Shown: one piece after another, positions 29,279-40,219 of the stretch
How the letters are laid out: every line of letters begins with the position of its first letter
How positions within the stretch are numbered: the stretch's first letter is position 1
Assembly: GCA_035250975.1 (NCBI GenBank)
Contig: DATFEP010000076.1
Coordinates: forward strand, 15,602-79,601
DNA length: 64,000 nucleotides
Origin: Nitrososphaeraceae archaeon
GTDB lineage: Archaea; Thermoproteota; Nitrososphaeria; Nitrososphaerales; Nitrososphaeraceae
Direction of reading: 5' to 3'
The notes under the pieces: generated by a model
Databases searched by the model: none
Told to the model about the DNA's origin: nothing
Seen by the model: only the letters and a program-made list of their open reading frames with translations
Translations under genes and position numbers: made by a program

Positions 29279-30952
29279 ATGAGACTCTATGATCGTTATC
29301 TCTCCGATGTTTTTTATCTCGGTTCTATTCCATTGATAGTATTTTTATTTGCAATAGCACTGCCCTCATTATTAGATGATAATTTAGATTTTTCCAATAT
29401 CCTTGGTTCTTCCTCTAGTTCTTCTATCATACATCAACCTGTCTTGGCACAACCGATTGAACTTTCCAAACAACAGGCAATTGAAACATACCAAACCCAG
29501 TTTTGTGGATTGAATACTGTTCCCAATTCAAACCAATATGTACAAGAAATTAAATTAAATAACAAATGTGAAATGCCACTGGCAATTACTGCTGACGAAA
29601 ATGGAATCTGGTATGTTTCTACGAAATTAGGATCTTTAATATTGTATAACTATAACGACAATTCCTTTGTCAAATATGATATCCCTACTTGGGGATCAAG
29701 AGATAAGCCAATAGATAATTCCAATGTATGGGATATCAAAAATGATCCTAGTGGGGCCACCCTTTGGTTTACAGATGAAAAACAGAATCTTATCTGGAAA
29801 TTCAACAAAAATAGTAAAACCTTTGAAAATTTTAAAATTCCCGCCAAGGATATGTCATTTGGAACAATTTATCCAGTTTCTCTAGATTTCGATAATAACG
29901 GTAATATCTATTTCGTTGGAATCAGATCCCCTACTCTCTGGATTGGTAACATAAATGAGATGAAAGGTGGGACTTCAAATGGAATTAGTACTGTTCCACT
30001 TCCTACAGAGATTTTTGGTGATATCGATAAAATACTTATCAGTACGGGTTCGCTTCTTGTGGATAAAGAGAAAAATGACGTCTGGATTTCTATGCTAGCC
30101 TTTGGTTACAAAGGTCAAATTTTAAAGTATAATATTGATGACAAAACAATTAAAAAATACGATATCGGAGATCTTCCCTCGCCTGTTGCAATGGCATTCG
30201 ATGAGGAGGGCAATATCTGGGGAACAGACCATGGAACCAGCATATTTTTTAAACTTAATCCCGTTAACGGGTCTCTGACCAAGTTTGTGACATCCGCATC
30301 TTCCATAAAAATCACAGGAGGAGTAAAAGTGGAAGGAAGCAGTTATACTTTGCCTTATTGGATAAAAGCAGGCTCTAACAATTCACTCATTTTTAACGAA
30401 CATACTGGAAACAAAATCGCAAAATTCTTTCCCGATTCTCTAATGTTGATTGAATATTGGATTCCAAGTCAGAATAAATACTTTTCAAAATGTCCGATCG
30501 ATTCTTCTCCTGATACGTGTGGAATAGGAAATGTTTTACAATTTACTCCAGAATATAATAATAACGAAACAATCTGGTTTACAGAGTGGTCAGAGAATAA
30601 GATCGGAAAGCTAAATACTGCTCTTCCACTTCCATTTTCAGTTTCTGCTGGACCTGACCGTTTTACGGTCACACAGGGTAACAGCATTGAAATAAAGATG
30701 GATATCAATGCACATAAAGATATAACTTTAAATCCAATATCGTCTTCTACTTTTACGCCGACAGGTGATCTAGGAACATCTTATGGCATTTTCAGTGAGA
30801 ACAAAATCAATCTCAAGTCAGGAGACTCAAAAGAACTCTCGTACGTCCTAACAGTTTCAAATGATGTACCTATCGGAGACTATGTACTCATGGTAGGAGC
30901 TGAAGACGATTCTATCTCAATTTCAAAAGCAATCTTTATCAAAATAACCTAA
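29279..30952 (+). CDS. Membrane-anchored Vgb-lyase-like beta-propeller protein
   Basis: N-terminal TM and repeated 'G.IW.T/FTE...NKI.K' blades. Confidence 0.8.
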   Translation: MRLYDRYLSDVFYLGSIPLIVFLFAIALPSLLDDNLDFSNILGSSSSSSIIHQPVLAQPIELSKQQAIETYQTQFCGLNTVPNSNQYVQEIKLNNKCEMPLAITADENGIWYVSTKLGSLILYNYNDNSFVKYDIPTWGSRDKPIDNSNVWDIKNDPSGATLWFTDEKQNLIWKFNKNSKTFENFKIPAKDMSFGTIYPVSLDFDNNGNIYFVGIRSPTLWIGNINEMKGGTSNGISTVPLPTEIFGDIDKILISTGSLLVDKEKNDVWISMLAFGYKGQILKYNIDDKTIKKYDIGDLPSPVAMAFDEEGNIWGTDHGTSIFFKLNPVNGSLTKFVTSASSIKITGGVKVEGSSYTLPYWIKAGSNNSLIFNEHTGNKIAKFFPDSLMLIEYWIPSQNKYFSKCPIDSSPDTCGIGNVLQFTPEYNNNETIWFTEWSENKIGKLNTALPLPFSVSAGPDRFTVTQGNSIEIKMDINAHKDITLNPISSSTFTPTGDLGTSYGIFSENKINLKSGDSKELSYVLTVSNDVPIGDYVLMVGAEDDSISISKAIFIKIT

Positions 30953-31119
30953 CTATTTTACTTGCACACATAAATAAGTTACAATTTTATTTACTTCATA
31001 ATGCATTTATTAATATTATACAAGGTTTTAGACAATTGTATATAATATAATATAATATAAATGAAAAATACATGCTCAACAGTATTAACATTAATATCGT
31101 TTAAAGAAGTATAAAGTGT

Positions 31120-31677
31120 ATGTCTTCAACTAAGAAAGGCGATGTAAAAGAAAATACGAACCGAACCAAGGAATCCACAGAGAAATATCTCGAACAACAA
31201 AAACAACAATATAAGGATACAGCATCGGATCTATCTCAAGCGACAGAAAAGTTTAATGAAAACGTAAATAAATTTCAAAACGATAACAGAAGAATTATTG
31301 AAAAAAATGCCGATACTTTCGGGAAATTCCAAGAACAAATCAACAAAACTACACAAGAAATATCATACAACATTATAGAATTACAAAAAAATGTCTTTAA
31401 CATATATCAATCATCATATTCTCAATTCTTGAACAATCTATACAAATCCTACTGGCAAAATTTCATAATTCCAGAAAGATTTTCTGAATCTTATAATACA
31501 TTAAACAAAAACATACAAGATAGTACAGTAAATACAACAAATTTCCTAAATGAAATTTTTGTAGGTAGTATTGAGAATCTAAAGAAATCATTAGAACTCA
31601 CACAAAGATATTATAGTGATATAGTGCATAACAATTTTAATTACATACAAAAATTGGAAAGATCATATAATAGATAA
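31120..31677 (+). CDS. Gln/Asn-rich amphipathic helical protein, phasin-like
   Basis: All-helical Q/N/E/K composition with no Cys. Paralogous to 32264..32812. Confidence 0.6.
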   Translation: MSSTKKGDVKENTNRTKESTEKYLEQQKQQYKDTASDLSQATEKFNENVNKFQNDNRRIIEKNADTFGKFQEQINKTTQEISYNIIELQKNVFNIYQSSYSQFLNNLYKSYWQNFIIPERFSESYNTLNKNIQDSTVNTTNFLNEIFVGSIENLKKSLELTQRYYSDIVHNNFNYIQKLERSYNR

Positions 31678-31716
31678 TCAAAAAATAGATTTATTTTTTT
31701 TTCATTTTCTTTTTAT

Positions 31717-32016
31717 TCAATCGTGAAATGTTGCTGATGTCGTTATCTTATTATCAAAATTCTTTATTAAATACTCTCTAATCATAAATAATCTTTCGAT
31801 AAATTGATAGAGATTGTTTGCCCTGTAGATTATACGCTTGTCATCTTCGTTTGATTCACATACATTCAACTCAAATCCATCGTTTTTGAAAGTATCAAAG
31901 AAAAATTTCTTATCCGTGATTTCTTCAAATAGCCTCAATTCATAATTTATATAATTGATAAAATGTTGCGGTAGTACATCGTTATTACCATTGATATTGT
32001 TAAAATTATTACTCAT
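31717..32016 (-). CDS. Hypothetical protein
   Basis: 99-aa ATG ORF sharing a T-rich terminator region with the convergent gene. Confidence 0.5.
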   Translation of the reverse strand: MSNNFNNINGNNDVLPQHFINYINYELRLFEEITDKKFFFDTFKNDGFELNVCESNEDDKRIIYRANNLYQFIERLFMIREYLIKNFDNKITTSATFHD

Positions 32017-32263
32017 TGGAGCTTCTTGTAGTATCTTTGCATTATTTAATAGATTGGTTTCATTGTGTACTGTTGAATCTTACAGTAGATAAATATTATT
32101 TACTGAATAGTAGTTTAATGACGATGGAGACATTTCTTGAAATAAATACAAAATTACGTCTAAATATTACAAATTTGCCAATTTTGTAGCGAATTTAATT
32201 TTACCAGTAAGTATATATTTTTTATATCAATTTTTTTAAGTAAGAAGGTCGGTATTTTTCCTG

Positions 32264-32812
32264 TTGTCATCAGAACAAGCCTTAAATCAGAAAAAGTCTA
32301 GCTCTAAGAAAACAAAAAAGAGTTATAATAAAGAAAAGAAGAGTAAGCAAGCAAAAGTAGAACAACAATCACAAATAAAAAAGAAATTCCCAGACCCTAT
32401 AATTTACGACCCAGACAGCAATCAGAGAAATATACCATTAGCAACAGCAGATGATACTATTTTCAAAGATAAAGGGCAAACTGCTAGAGTTGCTATGAAG
32501 ATCACAAACAATTATCTAGAACTTCATAAAGATATGATAAATACCTATAACTTGGTATATTTTCAGATTTTACAAAATATCTTAAATTTATCTTGGAATG
32601 GCATCACTATTCCTGTAAGATTTATGAATTCTTCAATTGACGTTAACAAGAATATCTATACTAGTTCTAGTGATGCAACAGAAGAGTCAAAGCAATTGTT
32701 AGACAATATTATAAATAAAAATTTGGATACGTTTATCAAATCAATTGAACTTTCACATAAATTCTACAAAGATGTAATTGAGAGTTACTTGAATTGCATT
32801 AAAAAGTTATAA
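32264..32812 (+). CDS. Phasin-like helical protein with Lys-rich N-terminus
   Basis: NYLELHKDMINTY...W...IP.RF...KSIEL...Y.D aligns with 31120..31677. Confidence 0.6.
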   Translation: MSSEQALNQKKSSSKKTKKSYNKEKKSKQAKVEQQSQIKKKFPDPIIYDPDSNQRNIPLATADDTIFKDKGQTARVAMKITNNYLELHKDMINTYNLVYFQILQNILNLSWNGITIPVRFMNSSIDVNKNIYTSSSDATEESKQLLDNIINKNLDTFIKSIELSHKFYKDVIESYLNCIKKL

Positions 32813-32893
32813 CCGCTTTTCACTGTTTATTTATTTCTCTAAATAATTTTAATGATTTTTAAATTATTGATGATTATATAATTTATTACAGTA

Positions 32894-33769
32894 TTATTGA
32901 TCTTTAATAATATCGTCCAAAGTGGTTCTTGAATAATAACTCTTGGCAAATTCCAAAGCATTTTTCTGTCTATTAGATAGTGATATTCCTAACATATCTT
33001 TGAATTCCAATGCATTAATTACGGCTTTAGCACCATAATGATTGTTAAAATAAATTCTTAAAGTATTAGTTTTAGTATTGATCTCTTTTACATTTCCGAT
33101 CCATGGTTTCAGTTCTTCCTTTGAATATAGGTAATTGTATCTATGTCTTGAACTTCTTCCATGAAATCGTATAAATGAGTGCTTTTCTGAAGTGATCGTA
33201 ACCTCTGCGAGATATTGAAGATTGTCTGATAATGGTGAATCTGTCATTACTGCTGCAATATCATAATGTTTTAGCATTTCCCATGGACCCTCTGTATTCC
33301 ATGAGGGATGTCTGAATTCTAATGCGTATTGATATCCTGATGGTAACCTATCAAGAAAATTCTCAGTATCTTTAAAATCACTAACGGTAAAACTAGGAGG
33401 CAACTGTACAAGTACAGCTCCCAACTTATTTGCTATCTTCAGAGGCGAGATCTTGTCTAGAAATTCTTCAAGTGATGATATTGCTCCTTTCTCTACATCC
33501 AATCTTTTTATATGTGTAACAGTTTCTGGAACTTTTATTGAAAATTCAAAATTTTCTGGAGTAGCATTATCCATGCCAATGAATGTTTGTTTTGTCATGT
33601 ATTTGTAAAATTTTTCATAGAATGTTGAATCCATTTCAACGGTATCAAAGAAACGAGAATAATAGGAAAGTCTTTTTGTTTGACTGCTAGGATAAAAGAC
33701 TTTGGTCCATCCTCCTTTCTCTGGAGGATCTGCATAACTCCAGCCTGAACACCCTAAATAAATCTGCAA
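32894..33769 (-). CDS. DUF72 (YecE-like) TIM-barrel protein
   Basis: GCSGWSY, TVEMDSTFY, QLPPSF, EFRHPSW, IRFHG, YLYS.EEL..W and YFNNH. Confidence 0.92.
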   Translation of the reverse strand: MQIYLGCSGWSYADPPEKGGWTKVFYPSSQTKRLSYYSRFFDTVEMDSTFYEKFYKYMTKQTFIGMDNATPENFEFSIKVPETVTHIKRLDVEKGAISSLEEFLDKISPLKIANKLGAVLVQLPPSFTVSDFKDTENFLDRLPSGYQYALEFRHPSWNTEGPWEMLKHYDIAAVMTDSPLSDNLQYLAEVTITSEKHSFIRFHGRSSRHRYNYLYSKEELKPWIGNVKEINTKTNTLRIYFNNHYGAKAVINALEFKDMLGISLSNRQKNALEFAKSYYSRTTLDDIIKDQ

Positions 33770-34168
33770 TATTTTATATTATATCCTGGATGCAAAAATC
33801 CTTTCTAAAATAAAAGAATCATTTGCAATTAGAAAAGTTCGCTGGGGAGAAGTTATATTTATCTTAATTTAGGCGTTTTTCTTTATTTTATAAATGAAAA
33901 TGCCTTTTGCATTTCTTCAAAATCCAAAGATATGGTTTTTGTCAGTAATGCCACAGAATTTATCATATATTATAACATTCGTCGTTATACTAGTGTTTAT
34001 CATTACAAATATAGTCCAGATAATTTTATAACATTTTTTATAATAGGCTCGGTACATTTCTGGACCTGATAATAGCACATTATTTTACAACTCCTAAATT
34101 TCGAAAAAACAGGATCTGAGATGATTAAAAAGAAAAAACCTTAATTATTTCATATCAATATTTTACTT

Positions 34169-34705
34169 ATGAAAATTCAAATTCCATTTGTTACCATGAT
34201 ATCAACAATATGTTTTTTATTTGGAGCGATGGTGGATTTTGCTTTTGGTGATTCAGATTTTACACTTGAATTAAAGGATGTAAATGCTATACCTATTGTT
34301 ACAAAGTTCGAAGTCGATGGTGAAAGTTATTTGCAGATATGTCCATATGCTATCTGTAAAATAGAGGTTATTAATAGTTCGTTTACTCCTCCAAATCCTG
34401 ATAACAAGACGATGATGATGATCGCACATTCTATAGATTTTAATGTAAAGTACAATAACACAGATACAAACAAAGGTCCAAATCAAAATATATATCTAGA
34501 GAAATTTAGCGAAAGTATGGATGGATGCTTAATTCATAATATAATTAAAGATGAAGAACGTGAGATTTATTTCTGTAATAGTGGAACGGACGTTCTCAAG
34601 CGAAATTCTGATTCCAAATCTTGGTATTATGATTCTATTGGAATTTATGATGTAATAAAACACACTTATACTGTAAAGGGAGACTTCAAAAGCGATTTTC
34701 CATAA
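34169..34705 (+). CDS. Secreted hypothetical protein with Cys pairs
   Basis: Signal peptide (AFG|D) and four Cys in the mature part. Confidence 0.55.
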   Translation: MKIQIPFVTMISTICFLFGAMVDFAFGDSDFTLELKDVNAIPIVTKFEVDGESYLQICPYAICKIEVINSSFTPPNPDNKTMMMIAHSIDFNVKYNNTDTNKGPNQNIYLEKFSESMDGCLIHNIIKDEEREIYFCNSGTDVLKRNSDSKSWYYDSIGIYDVIKHTYTVKGDFKSDFP

Positions 34706-34795
34706 AAAACAAAAGTGTAAATGTCATCGTTTACCTTAATACTTTCTGTAAAATTGAATGATTTTTAGAAATAGTGATTTTCAAAAAATATTATC

Positions 34796-35092
34796 TTATA
34801 AATTCTCAAATATTTCTCTGTTTTCTTCATTATACGTGAATGCTTTGAGCGTTCTAGTTCTAACATTGCCTAAACTTCCAGTTGAAAGCATTACCTTCAT
34901 TATTGCCTTGTCATCAGGAGCCTCAACTATTATTATGCCATCATATTCTCCAAACGTAAAGTATTCATTGATTAATTTTGCCCCCACCTTTTCCAATTCG
35001 GATTTGAAGATATCAATTCTTTTTGGTACATCTTTTATGTTTCTTATTCCTTGATCTGTCCAGTTGTATAAAATTATAAAATTGGGCATCAA
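34796..35092 (-). CDS. GYD domain protein
   Basis: 'WTDQGI...YFTFGEYD.IIIVEAPDD...GNVRTRTLKAF'. Confidence 0.9.
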   Translation of the reverse strand: MMPNFIILYNWTDQGIRNIKDVPKRIDIFKSELEKVGAKLINEYFTFGEYDGIIIVEAPDDKAIMKVMLSTGSLGNVRTRTLKAFTYNEENREIFENL

Positions 35093-35844
35093 AATATATT
35101 TACATCACTATTGTTTAAAGATTTCCAATTTTCAAGGAATAAAAATTTTGATAGTCTATAATAGAAAAGAAATTGTATTTTTTCAGAAGATCATACTATC
35201 GATAATAAGTACAAAGTATATTATGTACACGATGTCTCCAGCATTCTTATACTGCATTGAACTCTGGAGAACCAACAGCAAAATATTTCACTTTGATCAT
35301 ATCATTAATTAAATCAAGAAATTTGATTGTACTGTTCAAATAATGTGGCGTCGATCTATCGACAAATTACAATTAAATAAAAACTGTAAATTCATTACAC
35401 TCGTTTTGTATTATAAATATCTCTCATAAATATCTTTACATTCCTGATAATTAGATTATTAAATATCGATATGGTTAGTTAATATTTACCTATTCTTGGG
35501 TCGGATAAAGGAAACACGTAAAAATTATGGTTTTACATCTATTTAATATGGGTAAATATCAACATTATCACTATATTTTTAGTATTTTTTTACTGGTTTA
35601 AATAAACAAATACACATTAATAAATATAATGTAATACTTTTAGTCTAGTGACAAACATGTTGCATGACACTGAAAAAATAGTTGTAGAGACATGACATTC
35701 TTGTTGATTGAGATAAAATCAATATGAGATTGCCAACTGGTTCTCACACATCCAATGATAGAATCACTTGAGATTATCAGTTTGTCCTTGCAGCAGTGGG
35801 AATGTCTTTTTATAATTGTTGACCTTATAATCTGTGATGACAGT

Positions 35845-35997
35845 GTGAACAATAAATCTATGTGTCCTATTTGTAAAAAGAAATTGATCGAACATTCAGA
35901 GTTGCAGGACAAAATATGTAAAATGATTACAATAAAGCAATTTGCAAATAACTCCCCAAATTTTGATGTTCAGTTTAGACCTTTCTTCGAGGATTAA
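35845..35997 (+). CDS. Small Zn-finger-like protein
   Basis: CPIC-x6-H-x7-C. GTG at 35845 (or ATG at 35860) is more plausible than the 35755 start. Confidence 0.45.
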   Translation: MNNKSMCPICKKKLIEHSELQDKICKMITIKQFANNSPNFDVQFRPFFED

Positions 35998-36127
35998 ACA
36001 TTATCTTCCTTAATATCACTTGTAGTAATTATCTGTGTATTTGAAACTTTTACATAACAAATAGAGTTCCAATAATATATCAATCCTCAAAAATATCGTC
36101 ATAACCTTCTTCTTTCTTGTATAACTT

Positions 36128-36721
36128 TCATCTTGTTACTGTTTCACAATCTACTGTTTTTTTATCTCCTTCCAAACTGTTAAACTGAACTGCTATATCA
36201 TTTCCTGGTCCACATATGTAAAAATCAGCACCCAAATTACCTATCAAGGTGTCATCACCATTTCCTCCTATCAATTTATCATCACCTTTGCCTCCTTTAA
36301 GTACATCATTTCCATCTCCACCATCAAGTAGATCGTCTCCTAAATTGCCAACTAAATCATCATCTCCTAGTCCACCATACAATTTATCGTTCCCAGAGTC
36401 GCCTATTAGTTCATCATCACCTTCGTTTCCATTTAAAATATCAAAACCCAATCCACCGTACAAAATATCATTACCTTTTCCTCCGTTTATACAATCATTA
36501 GTGATACTTCCATGTATCATTTCTCTTGAAGAAGTGGCATTTATTACTTTATCACATTCGGAAATGTCAAAAATACTTGATAAAGAAGAGGTTTGACCAC
36601 CTACTGATGAAGTATTATAAATACTAGGAATTAACACAATATAAATCATTATTATAATCGGTATCATTATTGTAAATATCAAGTTTTTAGTGTAGAAATT
36701 TGGTATTATTTTTATATTCAA
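36128..36721 (-). CDS. Hemolysin-type (RTX) calcium-binding repeat protein, membrane-anchored
   Basis: About 10 GGxGxDxLx nonapeptides, N-terminal TM, ends DCE. Confidence 0.9.
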   Translation of the reverse strand: MNIKIIPNFYTKNLIFTIMIPIIIMIYIVLIPSIYNTSSVGGQTSSLSSIFDISECDKVINATSSREMIHGSITNDCINGGKGNDILYGGLGFDILNGNEGDDELIGDSGNDKLYGGLGDDDLVGNLGDDLLDGGDGNDVLKGGKGDDKLIGGNGDDTLIGNLGADFYICGPGNDIAVQFNSLEGDKKTVDCETVTR

Positions 36722-37130
36722 TTATAAAATATATATGACGATTCTATCTTTTTAAGATATATGTTATTTTTGATTTGATTAACTATTGTAGTAAACTATA
36801 CAAACAGACATTAGTTCATGGACTTGAAGAGATAGTTTGTGATATTTACATTGAACTTTGTGATTTCGTAATATTGAATAACTGTATTTTTAGATGATCA
36901 AGGATAGCTTAATAATAAGAAAATGTATCGTACTTTGCTTGTCTCCAACTGTCATCTGCTACATCAAACTTTATCGGTACTAATGAAAAGTATTTGAGTT
37001 CGGGTTCCATTTGCTCTTTTTTTGAATAGAAAAACTTTCTAGTAATTTTGGAACAATATAGTGTTGATTTATCAACAATAATTACAATCATTCTGTTATA
37101 GTATATCTATTTCGATAAAGAAAAAGAAAA

Positions 37131-38075
37131 TCAACAACTATTGTCTTTTCTTGCACATATTGTATTAAATCCATTTAGATTTTTCAGGATTCTTTTTTCA
37201 CAATCTGAATTTTGGTTAGGAAATTCATCAGATGTAGCACATCCAAAGAACATATCACCTGGTTGTATTGGTCCAGCTTCTGTCTGCCTATCAAATATAA
37301 ACGGAACTGAAATTCTCCCATTCTTATTATTGCCTTCTTTATTTAACTCGTCCTGTACATCAATTGTTCTTATCTGATACTCACCTTTGACCATTGCTAC
37401 CACATTCATATCGTCAATATCTTTAGCATCATATACAGGAACGTTTATTGTAATTTTTATTTTCTCTGGAATTTGATTATCTACTGAATTTAATTTTGTT
37501 TTGGTTTTATAAAACGTATTTGATTCATTATATTTTTTCATTGTAAAAAAGAGTTTTACAGTATCCTTTTCAGTCGATAGTCCTATATTTCCTTCATCAC
37601 AATCGTATGTAGGAAGATATGTTTTATCTCCTGGTTTATTATCTACGATATATGCACGCACAAAATATTCATCGTCAAACATCACACTGGAAATGTGGTT
37701 ACTTTTATTAAACTTGAGATCAACGTTTAGATTTTGATTTGATAGTTGCTGCTGTTGTGTTTTCTTCCTCGTTTCTTTCAAGTTTTCTATATAAGAAATC
37801 TGTCCTTCACCATTTAGATAACCAACTACCTTGATACGGTCATGATTTTCGATATCTGCTATATTGTTAATGTTGAGTTTTGCTCTTATTGTTGTCAGTG
37901 TTGTTATACTATTGTCTTTTTCTTCATTTTCATTATCGAGATTTGATTCTGTTACTGCCAAAGCACTTTCAGGAGAAAAAATCAATAAAGATACTGTCAA
38001 AACAGAAAATATGCCTAATTTGGCACCTAGAGTATTATAATTTATGCTATAATTCATAGTTTGACGACTATTCAT
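37131..38075 (-). CDS. Secreted Cys-containing two-domain protein (paralog of 11284..12198)
   Basis: Near-identical C-terminal half (GPIQPGDMFFGCATSDEF...CARKDNSC). Confidence 0.75.
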   Translation of the reverse strand: MNSRQTMNYSINYNTLGAKLGIFSVLTVSLLIFSPESALAVTESNLDNENEEKDNSITTLTTIRAKLNINNIADIENHDRIKVVGYLNGEGQISYIENLKETRKKTQQQQLSNQNLNVDLKFNKSNHISSVMFDDEYFVRAYIVDNKPGDKTYLPTYDCDEGNIGLSTEKDTVKLFFTMKKYNESNTFYKTKTKLNSVDNQIPEKIKITINVPVYDAKDIDDMNVVAMVKGEYQIRTIDVQDELNKEGNNKNGRISVPFIFDRQTEAGPIQPGDMFFGCATSDEFPNQNSDCEKRILKNLNGFNTICARKDNSC

Positions 38076-38120
38076 TGGAATTTAAACTATGTGTTTAATA
38101 TCAATATAGAAAAAGTGTAG

Positions 38121-39434
38121 TTATCTTTTATCTTTTATGTTTTCTTTAACAATCTGAAACTGGTCATATATATCTTCATCACCGTTATTCTCTATAAATG
38201 AACTTTTTAATACTGTTCCATCATTCTCCACAGCAATATTTACTATTCCAAATTCGCCGTCTAATCCAAAAGCTGAAAATGGTTTACTTTTTGAAATCTT
38301 CATATCATGTGCTCCTCCAGTTCCGGCAGTTACAAAAATTGTTCCTTTTGGATCTGTATAGGTATCGAGATCTGCGTCGGTTACAATAGGTTCATCTTCA
38401 TCATCGTTGTTAAAAGTAATTGGATATGATCGTTCATATGCATGAAAATGTCCCTGCAGGGCCAGAACCACATTGTATTTATCAAACAATGGATGATATG
38501 TTTCTGTAAAATCATCCTCATCGTCTGGACCACCTCCGGAACTGTATGCTTGTCTATGGTAAAATGCGACAATCCAGTCAATTGTTCGATCTTTAGAATA
38601 CTTTTCAAGATCCTGGACTACGAATTCATATTGCTGTGATCCTTCCTCATAAGGAATTTCTGTAGATAACGCTATAAAGTGGACATTTTTATAATTAAAA
38701 GAATAGTACTGTTTCTCCAATCCAAAATATTGCATATAATCTTTCAAAATTTTTGATGAATCAGTTTCATGGTTTCCAATCACGATTTTAGTTTTGTCTG
38801 CTATTGGTTCTATTATGTTAAGCCAACACTTTGCTTTGCCATTATATGAAAGATCTCCCAGTGCAAGTACCACTTCTGGATCTTGTTCTACAATATTTTC
38901 CACTGTATCTTTGGTTTCAGAGTTACAGTCCCAATCTCCCACAGCTACGAGATTGAAATCTGATTTCTCGTTGGATTCCTTTTCCTTGTTTAGTTTTGTT
39001 GCAGACGTAATTTTAGTTGTATTAATTTTTGCTGTTGCAGATTTCTGGTCATCATCTTCTTTATTATCATGGGGAAGTATACCATTGTCATATTCTGTTA
39101 TTGACTTGGTATCATTATTTTCAATATTGTTGTTAGTATTAGCATCCAATTTTTTTTCAGAATCAATATCTTCTACTATATAGTAAGATGGATCGAACAC
39201 ATAATCGAATGATTTATCTTCATCTTCATCACTTTCATTACCTTTACCATCATCTTCCAAATCCATCTCAACTGCAAAAACATTTCTATTCTGAGCAAAA
39301 ATTTCATTGATTAAATTGTCTTCCTCATACTCCATATTTCTTTTTAGAAGAGAGTTATTGCTAAATAACACTAATGAGAACAAAACTATGACGGCGAGTA
39401 AATTAATTATATGATAGTTAATAATAATCACCAA
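38121..39434 (-). CDS. Exported calcineurin-like metallophosphoesterase (purple-acid-phosphatase-like)
   Basis: GD, GDLSY, GNHE, H and GHFHAYER motifs. N-terminal TM and acidic linker. Confidence 0.9.
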   Translation of the reverse strand: MVIIINYHIINLLAVIVLFSLVLFSNNSLLKRNMEYEEDNLINEIFAQNRNVFAVEMDLEDDGKGNESDEDEDKSFDYVFDPSYYIVEDIDSEKKLDANTNNNIENNDTKSITEYDNGILPHDNKEDDDQKSATAKINTTKITSATKLNKEKESNEKSDFNLVAVGDWDCNSETKDTVENIVEQDPEVVLALGDLSYNGKAKCWLNIIEPIADKTKIVIGNHETDSSKILKDYMQYFGLEKQYYSFNYKNVHFIALSTEIPYEEGSQQYEFVVQDLEKYSKDRTIDWIVAFYHRQAYSSGGGPDDEDDFTETYHPLFDKYNVVLALQGHFHAYERSYPITFNNDDEDEPIVTDADLDTYTDPKGTIFVTAGTGGAHDMKISKSKPFSAFGLDGEFGIVNIAVENDGTVLKSSFIENNGDEDIYDQFQIVKENIKDKR

Positions 39435-39757
39435 ATCCCAGCAAATTTAGCATATCTATCGTTTTTAATATTTTATATATTATCGCACAGTAGAAAGTAT
39501 ATTAAACATTTAATTAATATTGTTACGCGTACAAAGATATAAATCAATTTTATAGTAAATTCTTACGATAGATTGTCATAATCTCATTCTCATGAATTTC
39601 TTATAAATAATATTTGTTTAGATAGTAAACAAATCCTGTCCTAAATATATAAATCATACTAGAAATTTACTGACCAATTGTTAGATAAAATATTTAATAT
39701 TAAATTATCTAAATTTACACTAGGATCACTTTCAGGTTTAAAAAAGTTGTGTGCATT

Positions 39758-39949
39758 TTATTCTTCTTCCTTCAATTGCTTCTTTGTTCTGGGCGGTGAA
39801 GTTTTCTTTATAATTATTGAATCTCCTCTCGAATGAATATTTACGTATTGCCCCCGCATTATTTGAAGTCTGTATGCTATTTCGTTTGGTATGACGACAT
39901 AAGGAAAACCGTTATTTTTTGTTACAATAAGAAGATGCGTTATATACAC
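39758..39949 (-). CDS. AbrB/MazE/SpoVT-type DNA-binding protein
   Basis: 'VVIPNEIAYRLQIMRGQYVNI...DSIIIKK' swapped-hairpin pattern. Confidence 0.7.
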   Translation of the reverse strand: MYITHLLIVTKNNGFPYVVIPNEIAYRLQIMRGQYVNIHSRGDSIIIKKTSPPRTKKQLKEEE

Positions 39950-39983
39950 AAAAGGTAGAAAAATAAAATAAATGAATTATGGA

Positions 39984-40000
39984 CTATATAACGACTATAG
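39984..40000 (+). promoter_or_regulatory. CTATAT-N5-CTATAG motif (candidate Pho-box)
   Basis: ctatat-aacga-ctatag upstream of the AbrB gene. Same motif as upstream of pstB and abrB-phoU. Confidence 0.4.
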
Positions 40001-40219
40001 AGTTATCTTAAGTTTAAAGTAAATTTAGATTTTGTTGCAACACCGACTACTTAAAATAAAAAAACCCATAAATAGATTTAAAAAAAACCTAAATTTTATA
40101 AAGTCATACCTAAGTCTTTATAATGATGAACTGAATTTCCTCAGCATTATTCTATTGTGGGCAATGGAAACGAAAATAATGAAATCTAAATCCTCTGAAA
40201 ACCTTATTACATTCATTAT

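Noticed and set aside
36249-36596. Pro/Ser-rich + strand ORF
   Set aside because: Antisense shadow of the Gly/Asp-rich RTX repeats.
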